64,000 nucleotides of DNA, taken from positions 124,868,001-124,932,000 of the forward strand of contig OX597817.1 of the NCBI GenBank assembly GCA_951406725.2, in the 5' to 3' direction. The notes beneath the pieces are model-generated. The model saw nothing but the letters and a program-made list of their open reading frames with translations, was not told the DNA's origin and did no database searches. This document shows, in pieces, positions 1 to 13,401 of this stretch; within the stretch, counting starts at the first letter, position 1; each line of letters begins with the position of its first letter. Position numbers and translations under genes: made by a program. The DNA comes from Octopus vulgaris (lineage: Eukaryota).

Positions 1-169
1 TCTCTGTCTGCCTCTCTTTCTCTCTCTCTCTCTCTCTCTCACCTTCTGGCCAGATAACCATGTATCTCCTCTACAGCAAGACATCTGTTTCTGTCTCTTG
101 CTCTCACTTTAACCTTTCATTATCTGACACAAGGTCACCCCCTCCCCTCTCTAAGGATCTTTGTCTTGC

Positions 170-482
170 AAGTTACTTCGTGAGCCTGCCAGTGCTGATG
201 CCATGAAAAAAGCATTCAGTCAACATTGTAAAGTGGTTGGCATTTGGAAGGACATCCATCTGTAAAAATCATGCCAAAACTGACTTCACCATTTTTTGTG
301 CCATGTAAAAAGCACCCAGTCCACTTTGTTAGGTGGTTGGTGTTAGAAAAAGCATCCTGCTGTAAAAACCCTGCCAAAACAGACACAGAAATTTGGTGCA
401 GGATATTACCTGGCTGGCTCTTGTCAAACCATCCAACTCATGCCAGCACAAAAGGCGGATGTTAAACAGTGATGATGATGTT
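170..482 (+). mobile_element. Degenerate RTE 3'-end copy / RTE-tail SINE ending in (TGA)n
   Basis: Ends gtcaaaccatccaactcatgccagca...ggatgttaaacagtgatgatgatg, matching the 3' terminus of the RTE LINE at ~52530 (reverse complement). Confidence 0.6.
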
Positions 483-519
483 GGTGATGATGTGCTAATA
501 TTTTTGCTAATGGGAATGT

Positions 520-559
<40 letters not shown>

Positions 560-589
560 TTACATATATATAAGTACATGATTTAAAAA

Positions 590-830
590 TATAAGGAGGA
601 AAATGCACAGAACGTGTATATATAAAGTTAATCCAAACATGAAAGCACAAAAAACACAACAACGCGAGGACGTGGAACAAATATAGTATTATTGGACGCT
701 CAGGAAAGAAGGAAAGAAGGAGGGTTTAACATTTCGAGTGGAGCTCTTCGTCGGAAACATAGGAGAAGGAAAGATCCAGAGAAGGGAAGACAGAGGAAAA
801 AAAAATCGCTAATGGTACACACATGAAATA
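590..830 (-). mobile_element. Penelope-like terminal-repeat remnant carrying a minimal hammerhead motif
   Basis: Follows a CA/TA microsatellite, shares the cgctcaggaa block with 37400-37590, and contains the hammerhead motif at 724-758. Confidence 0.5.
724..758 (-). ncRNA. Minimal type I hammerhead-like motif (variant core CCGACGA)
   Basis: Minus strand reads gttt-CCGACGA-a-gag-ctcca-ctc-GAAA-tgtt-aaac. Helix I is gttt/aaac and helix II is gag/ctc. Confidence 0.55.
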
Positions 831-1039
831 AAATATTTACATGGTCAGCCTGTTTTGCTTTTGCTAATCATGACTAAGAAATTGGAGAAAATATTACAAT
901 TTCATGGAATCCTAAGAAGATTTTAGTCCATGTTAGTAGCAGGGAAAGTTATTTAGTAAAGGAATATTACAGCAGCTATATATTTAAATAGCTGCTATAA
1001 TTAAATATGGGTAGAATACTGCACTTAGGTAGATGATGG

Positions 1040-1787
1040 ATGGTGTCACATTGCACAGTAATACACCAGTACCAGTGTTTCTGCCACTTTTGGAATCCAG
1101 CCTGAAAATTGCTTTCCATAAATGACTTGACGACCTGCAATTCCCTCTTGATCTCAACAATGGTATTAAAACAGCAACCTTTGAGCTGCATTTTCATTTT
1201 GGGTAAGAGCTGAATGTCTGCAGGTGCTATATCTGGTGAATAGGTTGGGTGCAGAAAGGATACCATGTTGTTTTTGGTAAGAAACTCATGAGAGAGGAGA
1301 GCTAAATGACAGGGTGACTTGTTGTGAAGAATGCAATTCTTCATGCTCCTCAGATCCAGTCGCTTTTGCCAAATGTCCTCTCTCAAATACTTCAAAACGT
1401 CACTGTAGAACTCTTGATTGATGATCTGGTGATGGGGTGATTAATTCTCAATGCACAATACAGCAGATGTCCAGAAAACGGTGTGCATGTTCTTGAATGA
1501 GCTGCAGCTCTGTTGTGCCATTTGAAGTGCCCTTGCCACTTGAAACGTTGCATACAACCCATTGCCTCATCTGCATATGCTTGCTAAAGCATACTCAATG
1601 ACTATAGCAGACTTCCCAAGTTTAACACAAAATTTCAGGTTAGTACTTTCTTCCAGCTTCCTGTCCATGACAAAATCGCAGACTATAGAATACACATGAT
1701 CACAAAAACACAAATTTCACAACTGTGTACTGCCATCTGTTGGTGCACTACAGAACTAGTCCAGGAACTTTCTGATACCATCTTGTA
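1040..1787 (-). mobile_element. Mariner (DD34D) transposase remnant with one terminal repeat
   Basis: ORF 976-1395 has LHNKSPCH and HPTYSPDIAPAD (mariner HDNA/YSPDLAPxD motifs). A TIR-like end gaactttctgataccatcttg-TA lies at ~1787. Confidence 0.85.
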
Positions 1788-1928
1788 TGTATATATATGT
1801 ATATATATATAATATATAAATTAGAGATAAAACCACTATTGTGCTACTCAAACAGTGATAGATGTAAAGCAAAACATAAATAACAAATAATATATATTTT
1901 TATAAAACATATAATTAGATCTCAAAAA

Positions 1929-1968
<40 letters not shown>

Positions 1969-2290
1969 TTATGTCTTCCAAAATATCTCAGATTTGCCAA
2001 GGTTGGTAGCTCTCACATTTGCATATAGCTGTGTGTGTGTGTGTGTGTGAGTATTCCTTTACATAAATTTATGATTGTGTGTATGTATAGAGAGTATGTA
2101 AGCACACACTAGGTCAAAGCTGTACTTAATTCCAAGGAAACAGAGTTACTAACAGTAGACACTTCATATCTAGTAGTTTGAAGTTTTATGATCTTTATCA
2201 TCACAATGACTTCTTTGTCAGTGAATGTGAGAAGCCAGCTGTGAAAAAGCGTTACACACACAGACACACACCTGTGCACACATGTACATG

Positions 2291-2333
<43 letters not shown>

Positions 2334-2582
2334 ATGTACTTATATGTGTATATGTAAGTATAATTGAATAGATTATGTCCTGGTTCCAACAATGAGTATT
2401 CTTGTAGTTTGTTCAAATGAGATACCTGCTTATTGAACTGAACAGTAAATCATTGAGTTTTCTACAGACATATTCATCCTAATCTCTAGTAGATCAGTGT
2501 GACACAGTATGTGTGTGTCAGTGTGTCATGGTAGATATTTGAATTTCAGTCACTATCCAGCAATTTACTAGATTTTTGTCTA

Positions 2583-2799
2583 CGTGGGATTGCTGAAAAG
2601 TTCTTGGCTTTGGGTAAAAGAAAATAGAGGAGGATCAGTTCATTACGATTTTATCCAACATATTTCCTTCTCAGATTCACACACTTATTGCAGCAGTCCT
2701 TCAGTTTTTTTAAGCCCTGTTAAAGAAATCAGAAGTTTGGGCCTCCAACAAAGCCTTTCATGATACCCTTAAGGCCAGCAACTTTTCAGCACTCCTTCA
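2583..2799 (-). mobile_element. ~215-bp mariner-derived MITE, copy 1
   Basis: TIR cores gctgaaaagttcttggcttt / aaggccagcaacttttcagc with TA flanks. Homologous to 30744, 42727 and 51843. Confidence 0.8.
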
Positions 2800-3270
2800 T
2801 AAATATTTTAATTCTCAATTCTCTTGTGCCAAAAATACATGGAGTTTGATGTAATGTGCCATGGAATCAGTCCCAGTACATCACAGTTACAATGCAAACT
2901 AGGCCACACCTACATCCATACACATGCATAAGTATGTACATACTTGATATAATGCATACATATTATAATGTACAATGTAATGAAAGGCCAGACTGTGTAA
3001 CCATATATTCAATTAAGCAAAATATAAAAGGTGTTTTCATAAAATGTAGTGTTGTGCATTTAGGAATTAAATAAATTGCTAAAGTAACAAATTTTGAGAA
3101 AAAAGGAAGCAATCTTTTCTGCCTACTTCGTACCTTGCTTGTTAACCATTGAACAGAAAATTGGCATTTGATAGCACTGGTAGTTTCTGAGATACCAAAG
3201 TGGTTTGCTTGTCAAGCAATCAAAAAAGGAAGAATGCAGGCAAACTGATTTTAAAAAGTGGCAACTAATA

Positions 3271-3530
3271 CAGAGGTGTCAAATATATAACCTACAGCAA
3301 TGTTTAATCTGGCCTGCAGGTCAGTTTTATAAAAAAAATGTATTTTTTAATCTTTAAATATTCTGTAAACTGTATTGTTTCTAACATGCATGGAAACTAG
3401 TAGCTTAAATAAAGTCATGATTAAAACTGGTTCTGATTATTCAAATCAATAAACCTTAGGAATCTTCTGTTATTTCAGTCATTGAAAAGAAGTTTTAACA
3501 AATCCATTAGCTAAAAGTTGTGACCCCCTT
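3271..3530. mobile_element. Possible hAT/Charlie-type MITE remnant
   Basis: Begins cagaggtgtcaaa...ggcctgcagg and ends aagttgtgaccccct, resembling Charlie-type ends. No 8-bp TSD seen. Confidence 0.35.
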
Positions 3531-3859
3531 ATTCCTTCACTTTATCTATAACCAAGCCCAATAGAAATTTTGTTATCGTTTTTTTGTTTTGTTTTGTTTT
3601 TTTTTTGCATATGTGGTTGAGATATGTAGATATGTGGTTGAGAATGTCAATTTGCAAACATATATTTTGGGGTGTTACTACCACTATAGGACACCTTGGG
3701 CAGGTATCCTCTAGTATAGCCCAGGGTCAACCAATGACATGGGAGTGAATTTCATAGACAGAAAGTGTGTGGAAACCCATTGTACACACACAAATACACA
3801 CACACAAACACACACTTACACACACATACACATACACACATACATGCATATAGATACAT

Positions 3860-4228
3860 AGCACAGGAGTGGCTGTTTGGTAAATAGCTTGCTTAGCAAC
3901 TACATGGTTCTGGGTTCAATCTCACTGCATGGCACCTTGGGCAAGTGTCTTCTGCTATAGCCTTGGGCCGAGCAAAGCCTTGTGAGTGGATTTGGTAGAT
4001 GGAAACTGGAAGAGGCCTGTTGTATGTGTGTGTGTGTTTGTGTTTGTCCCCCACCATCACTTGACAACCACTGTTGGTGTGTTTACATTCCTGTAATTTA
4101 GCAGTTCAGCAAAAGAGACTAATAGGATAAGTACTATACTTACAAAGAATAAGTCCTGGGGTTGATTTGTTTGACTAAAAGCGATGCTCCAGCATGGCTG
4201 CTGTCATGTGACTGAAAAAAGTAAAAGA

Positions 4229-4230
<2 letters not shown>
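3860..4230 (+). mobile_element. tRNA-derived SINE, family A (octopus-type)
   Basis: A box tggctgtttgg, B box ggttcaatctc, body ccttgtgagtggatttggtagatggaaactg and an internal (TG)n. Homologous to 10428-10823; an older partial copy lies at ~3630-3790. Confidence 0.85.
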
Positions 4231-4259
<29 letters not shown>

Positions 4260-4345
4260 TACATACGTATATATACATACATACATACATATATATATGT
4301 TTGTATATATGTATAAATATATAGATATATATACATATATATGTG

Positions 4346-4376
<31 letters not shown>

Positions 4377-4455
4377 ATGCATATATATATATATGTATAT
4401 GTATATATATATATGCATATATATATATATGTATGTATGTATGTTTGTATGTATG

Positions 4456-4487
<32 letters not shown>
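4230..4487. repeat. Compound (TA)n/(ATGT)n microsatellite
   Basis: Directly visible; source of the YIYI-type ORFs. Confidence 0.95.
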
Positions 4488-4491
<4 letters not shown>

Positions 4492-4971
4492 TTTGATTGA
4501 TTTTGATTTTTCCAGTTTCAGCTAATGAGCTGTGGCCATGATGAATTTAAAGTTGAGGTAATCCAAAATAATATTCACCAAAATTCCAGTTAGAAGAGTG
4601 CTGGAGTTGTAGTTGTGTGAATTTCTTGCTTGAAAAGACACTGGCAGTTGATAGCTTACCTTTGAGTCAATAGCAGGGCCATTCCTAGGGTTGCTTGTTC
4701 CCTGGGAAAGCTGAACTTCGATGCCCTTATAAGTATAATTTTTTAAAACTTTCACAAGGAGTAAAACTGAAAATGTAGACTAAAATGCATATGGTGCCTT
4801 TGGTAACTTCCCAAGTTGCTGGTACCTTGAGCCGGCCCTGGTCATTAGGTATAGGTTAAACTAGTGAGGATGGCAACCGATTAGTCAATGCAAGACTATG
4901 GAATTTAAATTCATTTAACTCAATCTAAAAATAGTAAAATAATACAAAACTGGTAAAGGTAGTAGAGATAG

Positions 4972-5061
4972 TCTCTGACAGCTGTTTCTGAGATATCCCG
5001 GCTATTGGATCATCATAACAATTGAAGACCTTATAAACCGGGTGCTCCATCATCAGAGAAA
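4972..5061 (-). ncRNA. Type I hammerhead ribozyme motif with long helix II
   Basis: Minus strand reads tttct-CTGATGA-tggagca-cccgg...ccggg-atatctca-GAAAC-agct-GTC-agaga. Helix I is tttct/agaga and helix III is the palindrome ACAGCTGT. Confidence 0.75.
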
Positions 5062-5584
5062 TGTATGAAGAAATATATGATAGACAGTGGAATGAAAGCT
5101 CCTCTTTAAAGATATTCATTGCGGTTCATTATAATTCATTATGTTCAGGAGGATAGGCGGGTTTTAATTAAATCCATTTGAGTTGGTTCTTCCTCAGGTA
5201 TATCCTTAGGTTTATCCTTATGTGGATTCATTATCAAAAGAGTGGTTCAGTAGTATATCAATGTGAGAATGGGGAAGAAACTGCTTGCAGTTGAAAAGTC
5301 ATGTTTTGGCCAACCGTACCCTCCTCCTCTATATAGGCAGGGGTTGGCCTGTTCGGTTTTTGTTGACATTGAATTTCAAGTGCTCTAATGAGTAGCTAAC
5401 TTTAGTCTCTCCCTTGCACATGTGCGGTTGTTAGATACTCAACACCTCAACATATTCCAAAGCAAACCTGTGACAAGACAGATTATATTTTGTAGGCTTT
5501 GGATTGCCCTGAAAATGGAGAATCAAAATGAATATTATCAACACCATTCCCTTTTATTTTAATAAAAAAAAGGGCAAGAGAGAG

Positions 5585-6000
5585 AGAATGGTGATAACTA
5601 ATGAAAAGTGGACCATGTAAAATAATGTGAAATACAAGCAATCGTGGGTAAATGTGGCAAACTGTGACAAGCAACCTTCAAAGCAGGATTTCGCCTGAAG
5701 AAGGTTATGCATTCAACTTGGTGGGATATGAAGGTTGTTGTCTTTTACAAGCTCTTCTCATGGACTAGACCATCAGTTTGGATGTGTATTGTGACCAGTT
5801 GGGCAGATTAATTGCAGCAATCCACCGAAAGTATCCAGCTCTAGTTAATCATAGGGGCATTATCTTTCATCACTACAACGCCAGAGCACACACTTTGCAG
5901 ATATGGTAGAAGTTACTAGTTCATGACTGGGAAGTTCTGTAGCATATTCCATATTTGCTTGACCTTGCAACTTCAGATTTGCACCTGTTTCAGGCCTTTA
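5585..6000 (+). mobile_element. Mariner transposase pseudogene fragment
   Basis: Manual translation with stops and frameshifts: NEKW...KKVMHSTWWDMK...DVYCDQL...IIFHHYNARAH...DLATSDLHLFQAL. Confidence 0.85.
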
Positions 6001-8859
6001 AAAATACAGAGGTCAATTTGCTCCGCATAACCCTTTCAAATGGTACCCCAGCATGGCCATAGTCCACTGACTGATATAAAGATATGTTTGTCTGAAAATG
6101 TTATAGTGATAGGGATGATACTGAAAGGTTATACGTTTTCTCAAGAACTGTACGCATAATGCATTCACTATGAATCTTATCCCGTTTTCTTTCTAAAGAC
6201 TCAGGGTTGCATGTGTGTATACATATATATACACATACAGACACATATATACATTATGTGGATGGCTTATCCCCATGCTTCTGTGCACACAAACTTAACT
6301 AACATCTGATATTCATTTACTTAGTTGCTTAAGTTAGTATAATATATATTGACCTCTTTATCTCATTACTTAGACCTTCATTATTAAAAAGGTTTTTTAA
6401 AATAATTTTTCTTATCTGGCTTGTAAGAACTAATTCAAACTGCAATCCAACCCCCAAATCCAATTGAGATTCATACCCTTGAACTAATTTATGGTTTACA
6501 TATTTGTATGGAATTATATTGCTAAGCCTTCCAAGTTTTTTGAGTAACTGCAGCAGTAAATCTGTGTTAATAGATTTTCATAGTTAATCATCTTTGAAAT
6601 TGATTTAGCTAATTCCTTTTATAACTTTAGGGCTTATATCTTTTTTTATGTAAGCTCCTTAGATCATTATACATGCCATTTAGTACTCTCATCTCATTCA
6701 ATCATTCATTCGTTCACACAACATCTCCAAATCAGTTGTATGTTGTCTACAACTGGCAACATCCTTAGTATTCAAATCATTTTTCTAATCAACTCTTTAG
6801 CACTCAGACTGTTCCATCAAGTTCATATTGTACAGCTGATGCAAAGTAATTAACATATTTTAACATGGCTTCCAATGAACCAATAAACAAAATAGCAATC
6901 AGATTTAGCAAAATTTTTACTTATTTTAAATTCTATTTATTGGCAAGTCCAAATAGTTAATGTGAGCTTATATGAAAACATTTGCAGAATACCAAATAGT
7001 TTTTCAAATTTTCCCCAAGAAAAATGGAAACCATTTTTGATGAAGTGAGTTCTTGATGCATGCAATTTTAATATAACATTTAATGGAACACTTAAATTAA
7101 TTCCTGACATTTAGCTAAAATAGCAAGAAGATGACATTCACCATTGAGTTACTATATATAGCTGTAATCAGTGTATACACACACAAGCACATAATTTAAC
7201 TTACAAACTATATGGGAAAAATATACAGATGTTTGATTAATTTTATAATTTTGTGGTTGATGTATTTTGTATTTTCTCATTTAAATAGGAGAAAACAAGA
7301 TAGAGAAAAGGAGAGAAAAAGAGAGAAAGATAGTGAGAGGATAGAGAGAATGAAGAAGAAGGAAAGAGAGCTGAAATGGTATAAAAGCCCTTCACATTTC
7401 ATTTCTATTTGCATGATGGTTTCTAATGCTCTTACCCCCAAAATGTTTTCCACTTAAACATAAAATCATTATAGAGCTTAAATTAATATTTAATTGGTTT
7501 TACAGAAAAGTATCACTTCTCTGTTTTACTACATATTGAAGCACAGAGGAATATTTGCCACAGTAATCGAAATAAATTTTGCAAATTTATCAAGATTAAG
7601 AAGCTCTTCACTAGACTACAAATGGTCATGTTTCTACTTTTAAGTTTGCCTCATTACAGAACACAAATTTAATTTACAGTAAGATTGCTTCGTTTTAAGA
7701 GTATATAATATATGTCCATGATTTAGAAGTCTTAATGACCTAGAACGGCATAGCCACTAGCAATTAACAATGAGCTATAAAACTCAATAAAAACCAAAAT
7801 TAACATTATTCCCTCTTTGATGTTGGCAACAGAATGTTGACTGACCACATTACAATACAGGTGACATCGAGGTGCTTAAGATTCAGCTATAAATTATCAT
7901 GAAGATAAGAGTGCTTTTTGAAAATTATTCCACATGATGAAACCAAGACTATCAAGAGTCCTAACTATAAATAAAGTGTCTTATGAAGTCATTCATGAGA
8001 CAAAGAGAAATGGGCGAATAGGTCTCATTCATGGCAATAGTCGTTATCTCCATCATATTGTTAGCCAGTGGACTGTGTCTCTTCACTGTTAGACGAAAGG
8101 CATTATCATGCAATTGATTTCTTTTGTATAGAAACTATTAAAATAAGGTTTTACCATTGACAGTAAAGCAATAAACAAATGTTGTGAACATTAAGATTCT
8201 TGCTTTGGGATACCATATGAGCTCCTCACTTCATATACATTCTAAATGGCTATTTTACAGCTGTCGGCAACATTCTCTCACAGCTTTCCATTGATTTCTT
8301 TCAGCTAGGTATAAAGACAAGTTCTTTATGAGAAAAGGGTTTACTAGAGTGAAACAACCCCAGTATGTTACTGGTATATTATTTATAGACTCTGAAAAGA
8401 TGAAATGCAAATTCAATTCTGGAAAGACAGGAATATTGAACATAAAGGCACAACACTAAATACTGTAAAGCAATTCAACTTAGAATATAATCAGACTGTA
8501 TTTGATATGTACAAGAACCTTTAGGTAAACCTGAAGCAAACAACAACAATAATAACAACTGAGACACTCATAGTTTTGCCAAATATTTTTCATAGAATGA
8601 GTGGAAATAAACTGGCTTCAATGTGATTTTAATAATTATGTTGGCACTGTTGTTATTTAACACCAGGTCACTTTTTAATGGGTGGAGCTATCATCAAAAG
8701 CACTCCTGCTGCGATTACATTACTTTTGTTTAGATATTTGTAACTACAGTATTTAATATTCTTTATTCTTTTTCCAAATTGTTGAGGTTACTGTGTGTGA
8801 CAATTAGCTATTATTTGTAGCAATTGTGTAGACAGGTACTTATTCACAAGACCACAAAT

Positions 8860-9073
8860 TTATTGAGTAAATCTAGTCATTACAATTTTCCTAAGCATAT
8901 TACTGGTATTGCCATCAACTCTTGAAGGAAAAAAATAAGAATGACTTTTCTGGAAGGAATTAAATACTTCAAGATATTCTGCTGTCACTGTATCTGCACA
9001 GTAACACCAATTCTTATACTTAAGATTATATAAATTATCAAATTTCAAGGCAAATTCATAACGCATATTTTTC
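8860..9073 (-). CDS. Candidate terminal coding exon of an unidentified host gene
   Basis: Acceptor ttccttcatag|G is followed by 70 open codons (KNMRYEFALKFDNLY...TRFTQ*) in non-repetitive DNA. The stop overlaps AATAAA. No family recognised. Confidence 0.3.
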
Positions 9074-9496
9074 CTATGAAGGAAATTGGCTTAAATTAGG
9101 AAATGAAATTAGCTAAGAATTTGATTTCTTAACCAGGAGCTTTCTAATCTAGAGCTTTAGTTATTACTTTTTTAAGTAATTTGGGATTCTTACTTACATA
9201 GGGACAGCTTAAATCTGTACTGGAGTTGATGATATGTAATTGAGTATGATTATTTTACTGATATATAATTTACTGATCCTACAGGCAGGGAAGACATTTT
9301 TAGATTAAAATTAATTAAAAATATGCTACAGTGGTTTCAAATTTTAAAAAAATCAACATCATTAAACAACTGTTTTACTTGATATGAGAAGCAAATATGA
9401 AAATATAAAACAAACCAGCATTGATTATTTCGAAGTTGCTTGTTTTCAGTATGAAATCCAAAATCCAATTATATATGTGCTTCCATAAATGCTCTA

Positions 9497-9701
9497 TAAT
9501 AATTCCTCACTATATTGCAGTTCGCTTATCAAGCGCTCAGTTCATCGGGGATTTTTCTGGCTAATATATGTAAATTTATATCGTGGGCTACTCTGTATAT
9601 CTGGGTTTCTGCAGCTAATAAACATTTAAATTTTTGAAAATTTTAATTATTTCTGTGGGAGATTTTGGTATGTAACACCAATTATAGTCAAGGAATTACT
9701 G
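9497..9701. mobile_element. pogo/Tigger-type MITE
   Basis: Ends TA-taataattcctcactat and atagtcaaggaattactg-TA (CAGTAATTCCT-type TIR with TA flanks). Confidence 0.6.
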
Positions 9702-10427
9702 TAATAAGGTAGAACATATTATAGATTAAGATTTCTTAAACTTCAGTATGATATCAGCTATTAGATTAGAACTAAGGATTCTTTTTATTGGCAAAATATA
9801 AGTAAAAAATGGAAGTTCACATGACATTGTGAGAGACCACTCGGTTTTCTACGGGAGAGATGAAAATGAATAGCAATTCATAGGTCATCATTAAACCAAA
9901 GACATCTGAATACTTGTATAGAGTGGACAGGGAAGCAAGTAAGAGCATCCAGTGAAGCAAGTTATGGTGCTGAACTGCAAAACCTTTCTTAACATTTGAC
10001 TTATTTAGATAACAACAACTGCTATTATCAAAAATGATAGTTTTAACAATTGGTTGAAGACCAACTTTTTTGTAGGTGCATGTGAATGTATGTAGATGGC
10101 ATAGTCAATTAAACTAAACCATTAATTATAGTGGAGTAAAAAAAGGGAAAAAAATAAAGTTGACCTTGACAAGATTTGAACACAATGTAGAGTGATATGT
10201 CTAAATATCTCAGTGTTTTATGCAGTGCTCTAGAAATCCCATCATCCATAATCCCACATTTATAATTATTGTTATTATAGCATGAAAATTCACAGCTTTA
10301 TTTTGCTGGGCACAAAGGAAAGTGTCAGATGTCCACAGTCATCAGACTTAGGTAACACTTGTTTACTGAACATGCTATAAAAACCCTGTAGAGTACTCTT
10401 GCAGTAATCTCTTTTTTTTCTCTTTTT

Positions 10428-10823
10428 CTCTTTTACTCGTTTCAGTCATTTGACTGCGGCCATGCTGGAGCACCGCCTTTAATCGAGCAACTCGACCCCG
10501 GGACTTATCTTTGTAAGCCCAGTACTTATTCTATCAGTCTCTTTTTTGCCGAACCGCTAAGTGACAGGGACGTAAACACACCAGCATCGGTTGTCAAGCG
10601 ATGCTAGGGGGACAAACACAGACACACAAACACACACATATATATATATATACATATATACGACAGGCTTCTTTCAGTTTCCGTCTACCAAATCCACTCA
10701 CAAGGCATTGGTCGGCCCGGGGCTATAGAGGAAGACACTTGCCCAAGATGCCACGCAGTGGGACTGAACCCGGAACCATGTGGTTGGTTAGCAATCTACT
10801 TACCACACAGCCATACCTGCGCC
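10428..10823 (-). mobile_element. tRNA-derived SINE, family A, well-preserved copy
   Basis: Minus strand starts ggcgcaggtatggctgtgtgg (A box) and has ggttcagtccc (B box). Same body and tail as 3860-4230; CpGs retained. Confidence 0.9.
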
Positions 10824-10849
10824 TATAATGATGGTTTTTGCGGGTGTTT

Positions 10850-11800
10850 TTTTTTTACACTAATTCCAATCTTTTGGAGCTATGCTGGTTGTTGGGTACT
10901 GATACTTTCAAGTGCACCAGTCACTATTGGTATTATTTCCACTTCCTTTGTTGCCCACAATCTACATATTTCCCACTTCAGTTCATCGTAGTTGTTTACC
11001 TTTACTACTTCTTTCTCTTCGATCTTTTGGTCATCAGGATATGCCATATCAATTACCAGAAATATGTTTTCTTTTCTGCTCACTACAATATCACATTTTT
11101 GATGTTTAATCTGATAGTCACACTGAATCATTGCAACTCTTAGGATTTTGCAATCCTCATTCTCAGTAACTCCTTCTGGGATTTGGTCAATCCATATCTT
11201 TGATCCTTCTAAGTCATACATAATTTCCACAAAGTTCCCAGTGGATCATTCTTGCTACAGCATCATGTCATCTTTTGTATTTACATTATACCAATTTCAA
11301 GCACTTGATAACAATATTCCACGCTGTTTTGCCCTTCTCACCACACATTATGCATTTGTAGGTGTCAGTTGTTTTATCAATTCTGTACTTCACATAGTTT
11401 GTCCTAAATGCTTGTCTTGGTGCCATGCATGTAAGTGCTTCTATCTTTATCTTCAAGTCACTCCTTCACATTCCTAACCACTGGCCTTCTCTAACTGTCT
11501 TTGCAGTCACATCTCTTGCAAAGTGACATTGTATTTTTTCTTTCCCATGTCATTTCCTTTTTCGTGCTTTTTTTTTTTCTTTTTCAGCTTCTCTTTGTAC
11601 GTTTCTCCTGCAATCCCTTTAGACAGTAACTTCCACATTAATGGAAGGCAATAAATTGGCCTGAATTGTCAGCAGCATTTCCTTTCAATAAATCCTTCAA
11701 GTTGTTCATCCTTTGGCCAACCACACTGAGATTTCTTCTTCTCCATCGATCAAGACATTAAATTACTCCACAATCAATTTATGGTACCTAATGAACTTTT
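10850..11800 (-). mobile_element. RLE-type (R4/Dong-like) LINE 3' fragment
   Basis: ORF 10880-11230 reads HQKCDIVV...VIDMAYP...KVNNYDELKWEI...IIPIVTGAL, the PD-(D/E)xK restriction-like endonuclease tail. Confidence 0.8.
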
Positions 11801-11979
11801 TATTATCTAAAATTCCTGTATATCATCAGGTCATGCTGCTTTCCAATTGCTCATTTTGTGACTCACACTTCTCATACTGCTCTCAGTAAAGAGGATAAGT
11901 TCTTGCAGATAAGAAGTTGATGCTTCAGATTGCAGAGTCATTCAGCTCCAGTATTTTACTGTTCTTTCTTTAACAGCCT

Positions 11980-13340
11980 ACCAAAGTAACCACCTTAATG
12001 TAGACATGACAGAATACATCAACCCTGCTCAGAAGGTCACAGCCTAATACAGATAGACAACTATTATAAAATAACAACGGTTGGACTAGGATGATATTTA
12101 GAAGCGAAAAGTGGAAGACTACTACATGTAATAAAGCAACACAGAAAAGAAAACACTTTTATGTATAGACAATGGGGCAACAAGATACAAAATAGAAACA
12201 AACTACACTGATGCGCTAATCTCAGATGACATCATAGCAAAAAATGGTCAAGGAGCCAAAAAACAACATGAAACCAGAACTACAAAAAATACTACAGAAG
12301 AAATGGAAAGAAAAATCACTCCATAAAAGCCAACAATGATTCTAAAGTTCTGAACTAAAAGCAGAAATAGAAGGACTGTTTCTCCCTGCACAAGACCAAT
12401 GCCTGATCACAAACGACTATAAAAGCAAATTAATGAAATAGGACCTAACACCAAATGTAGAATGTGCAACCAGCACAGTGAGATATTTGACTATATCATA
12501 TCTGGCAGTCCAGACCTTGCCAAGTCTGAATATATATACAGACATGACCAAGTAAGTAGTTTATCTACTGGACTATATGCCAACACTACAACATAAAAAC
12601 TTATGAGAAATGGTATAAATATGTGCCAACCAAGACACATGTAAACAACCAGACCACAGTCATCTGGAACCTGCCCCTTCAAACTGACAAAGAAATAAAA
12701 GTTAATTGCCCAGATGTAATAATCAAGGATTGGAAAGGAAGAAAAAAAGCACCTGGTTACTGATTGACATTGCAGTCCCTTCTCAACAAAATATTGCCCA
12801 TAAAGGAGTGGAGAAGTTGTCAAAGTAAAAAGCCCACAAAACTGAAGTGTTCAAGATGTGGGGCATGAAGATGAAAACAATACCAGTAATAACTGGAGCA
12901 TAGTGTGGTTAAAAATGTATGAACAAAACCATAGAAATTATATCTGGACCCTCAACACTGCACATTATCCAAAAAATAGTCATACAAGGAACAGCCCACT
13001 TCCTATGCAAGACACTGTCAGGTACAACCCAAATAAAAGGATTCACAAATACATTACACTCTATACAGTAAATATCCAATGAACTAAATAACCCCTACAA
13101 CACGTATTCTACCCAACAAATCAAAACTCACATTATTTCACACGGCATAAATATAAACACTAATACAACAAACAACTGCTACCAAACCCCATAACAAAAC
13201 AAACAGATGCAATACAATACTAGGAAAGGTTTGCACTCACCCAACAGCAAAAAGGAACACACAATGCTGCACACATATCAGCAAGACGGAGATAATGAAG
13301 TTGATGCTTAGAAATCTGCCTGAAACTTTAAAATGTCAAA
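11980..13340 (+). mobile_element. RLE-type (R4/Dong-like) LINE fragment ending in (TAC)n(TAA)n
   Basis: Frameshifted KAEIEGLFLPAQDQCL, KCRMCNQ...YIISGSPDLAKSEYIYRHDQV and NCPDVII. The 3' end abuts (TAC)n at 13341. Confidence 0.8.
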
Positions 13341-13384
<44 letters not shown>

Positions 13385-13401
13385 ATAATAATAATAATGA
13401 T

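Noticed and set aside
4140-4525. [16 protein letters not shown] and homopolymer ORFs here and throughout (e.g. 21978-22327, 31133-31557, 52014-52595)
   Set aside because: They are translations of microsatellites that lack stops, not genes.
4660-4767. Possible minus-strand exon (ttttcag...AAG|gtaagc, LLLVKVLKNY...IDSK)
   Set aside because: Good splice signals, but the peptide is short and unrecognisable, lies next to a retroelement remnant, and is downstream of the candidate terminal exon.
10750-10823. tRNA-like sequence with A and B boxes
   Set aside because: It is a SINE head continuing into a SINE body; no convincing cloverleaf.
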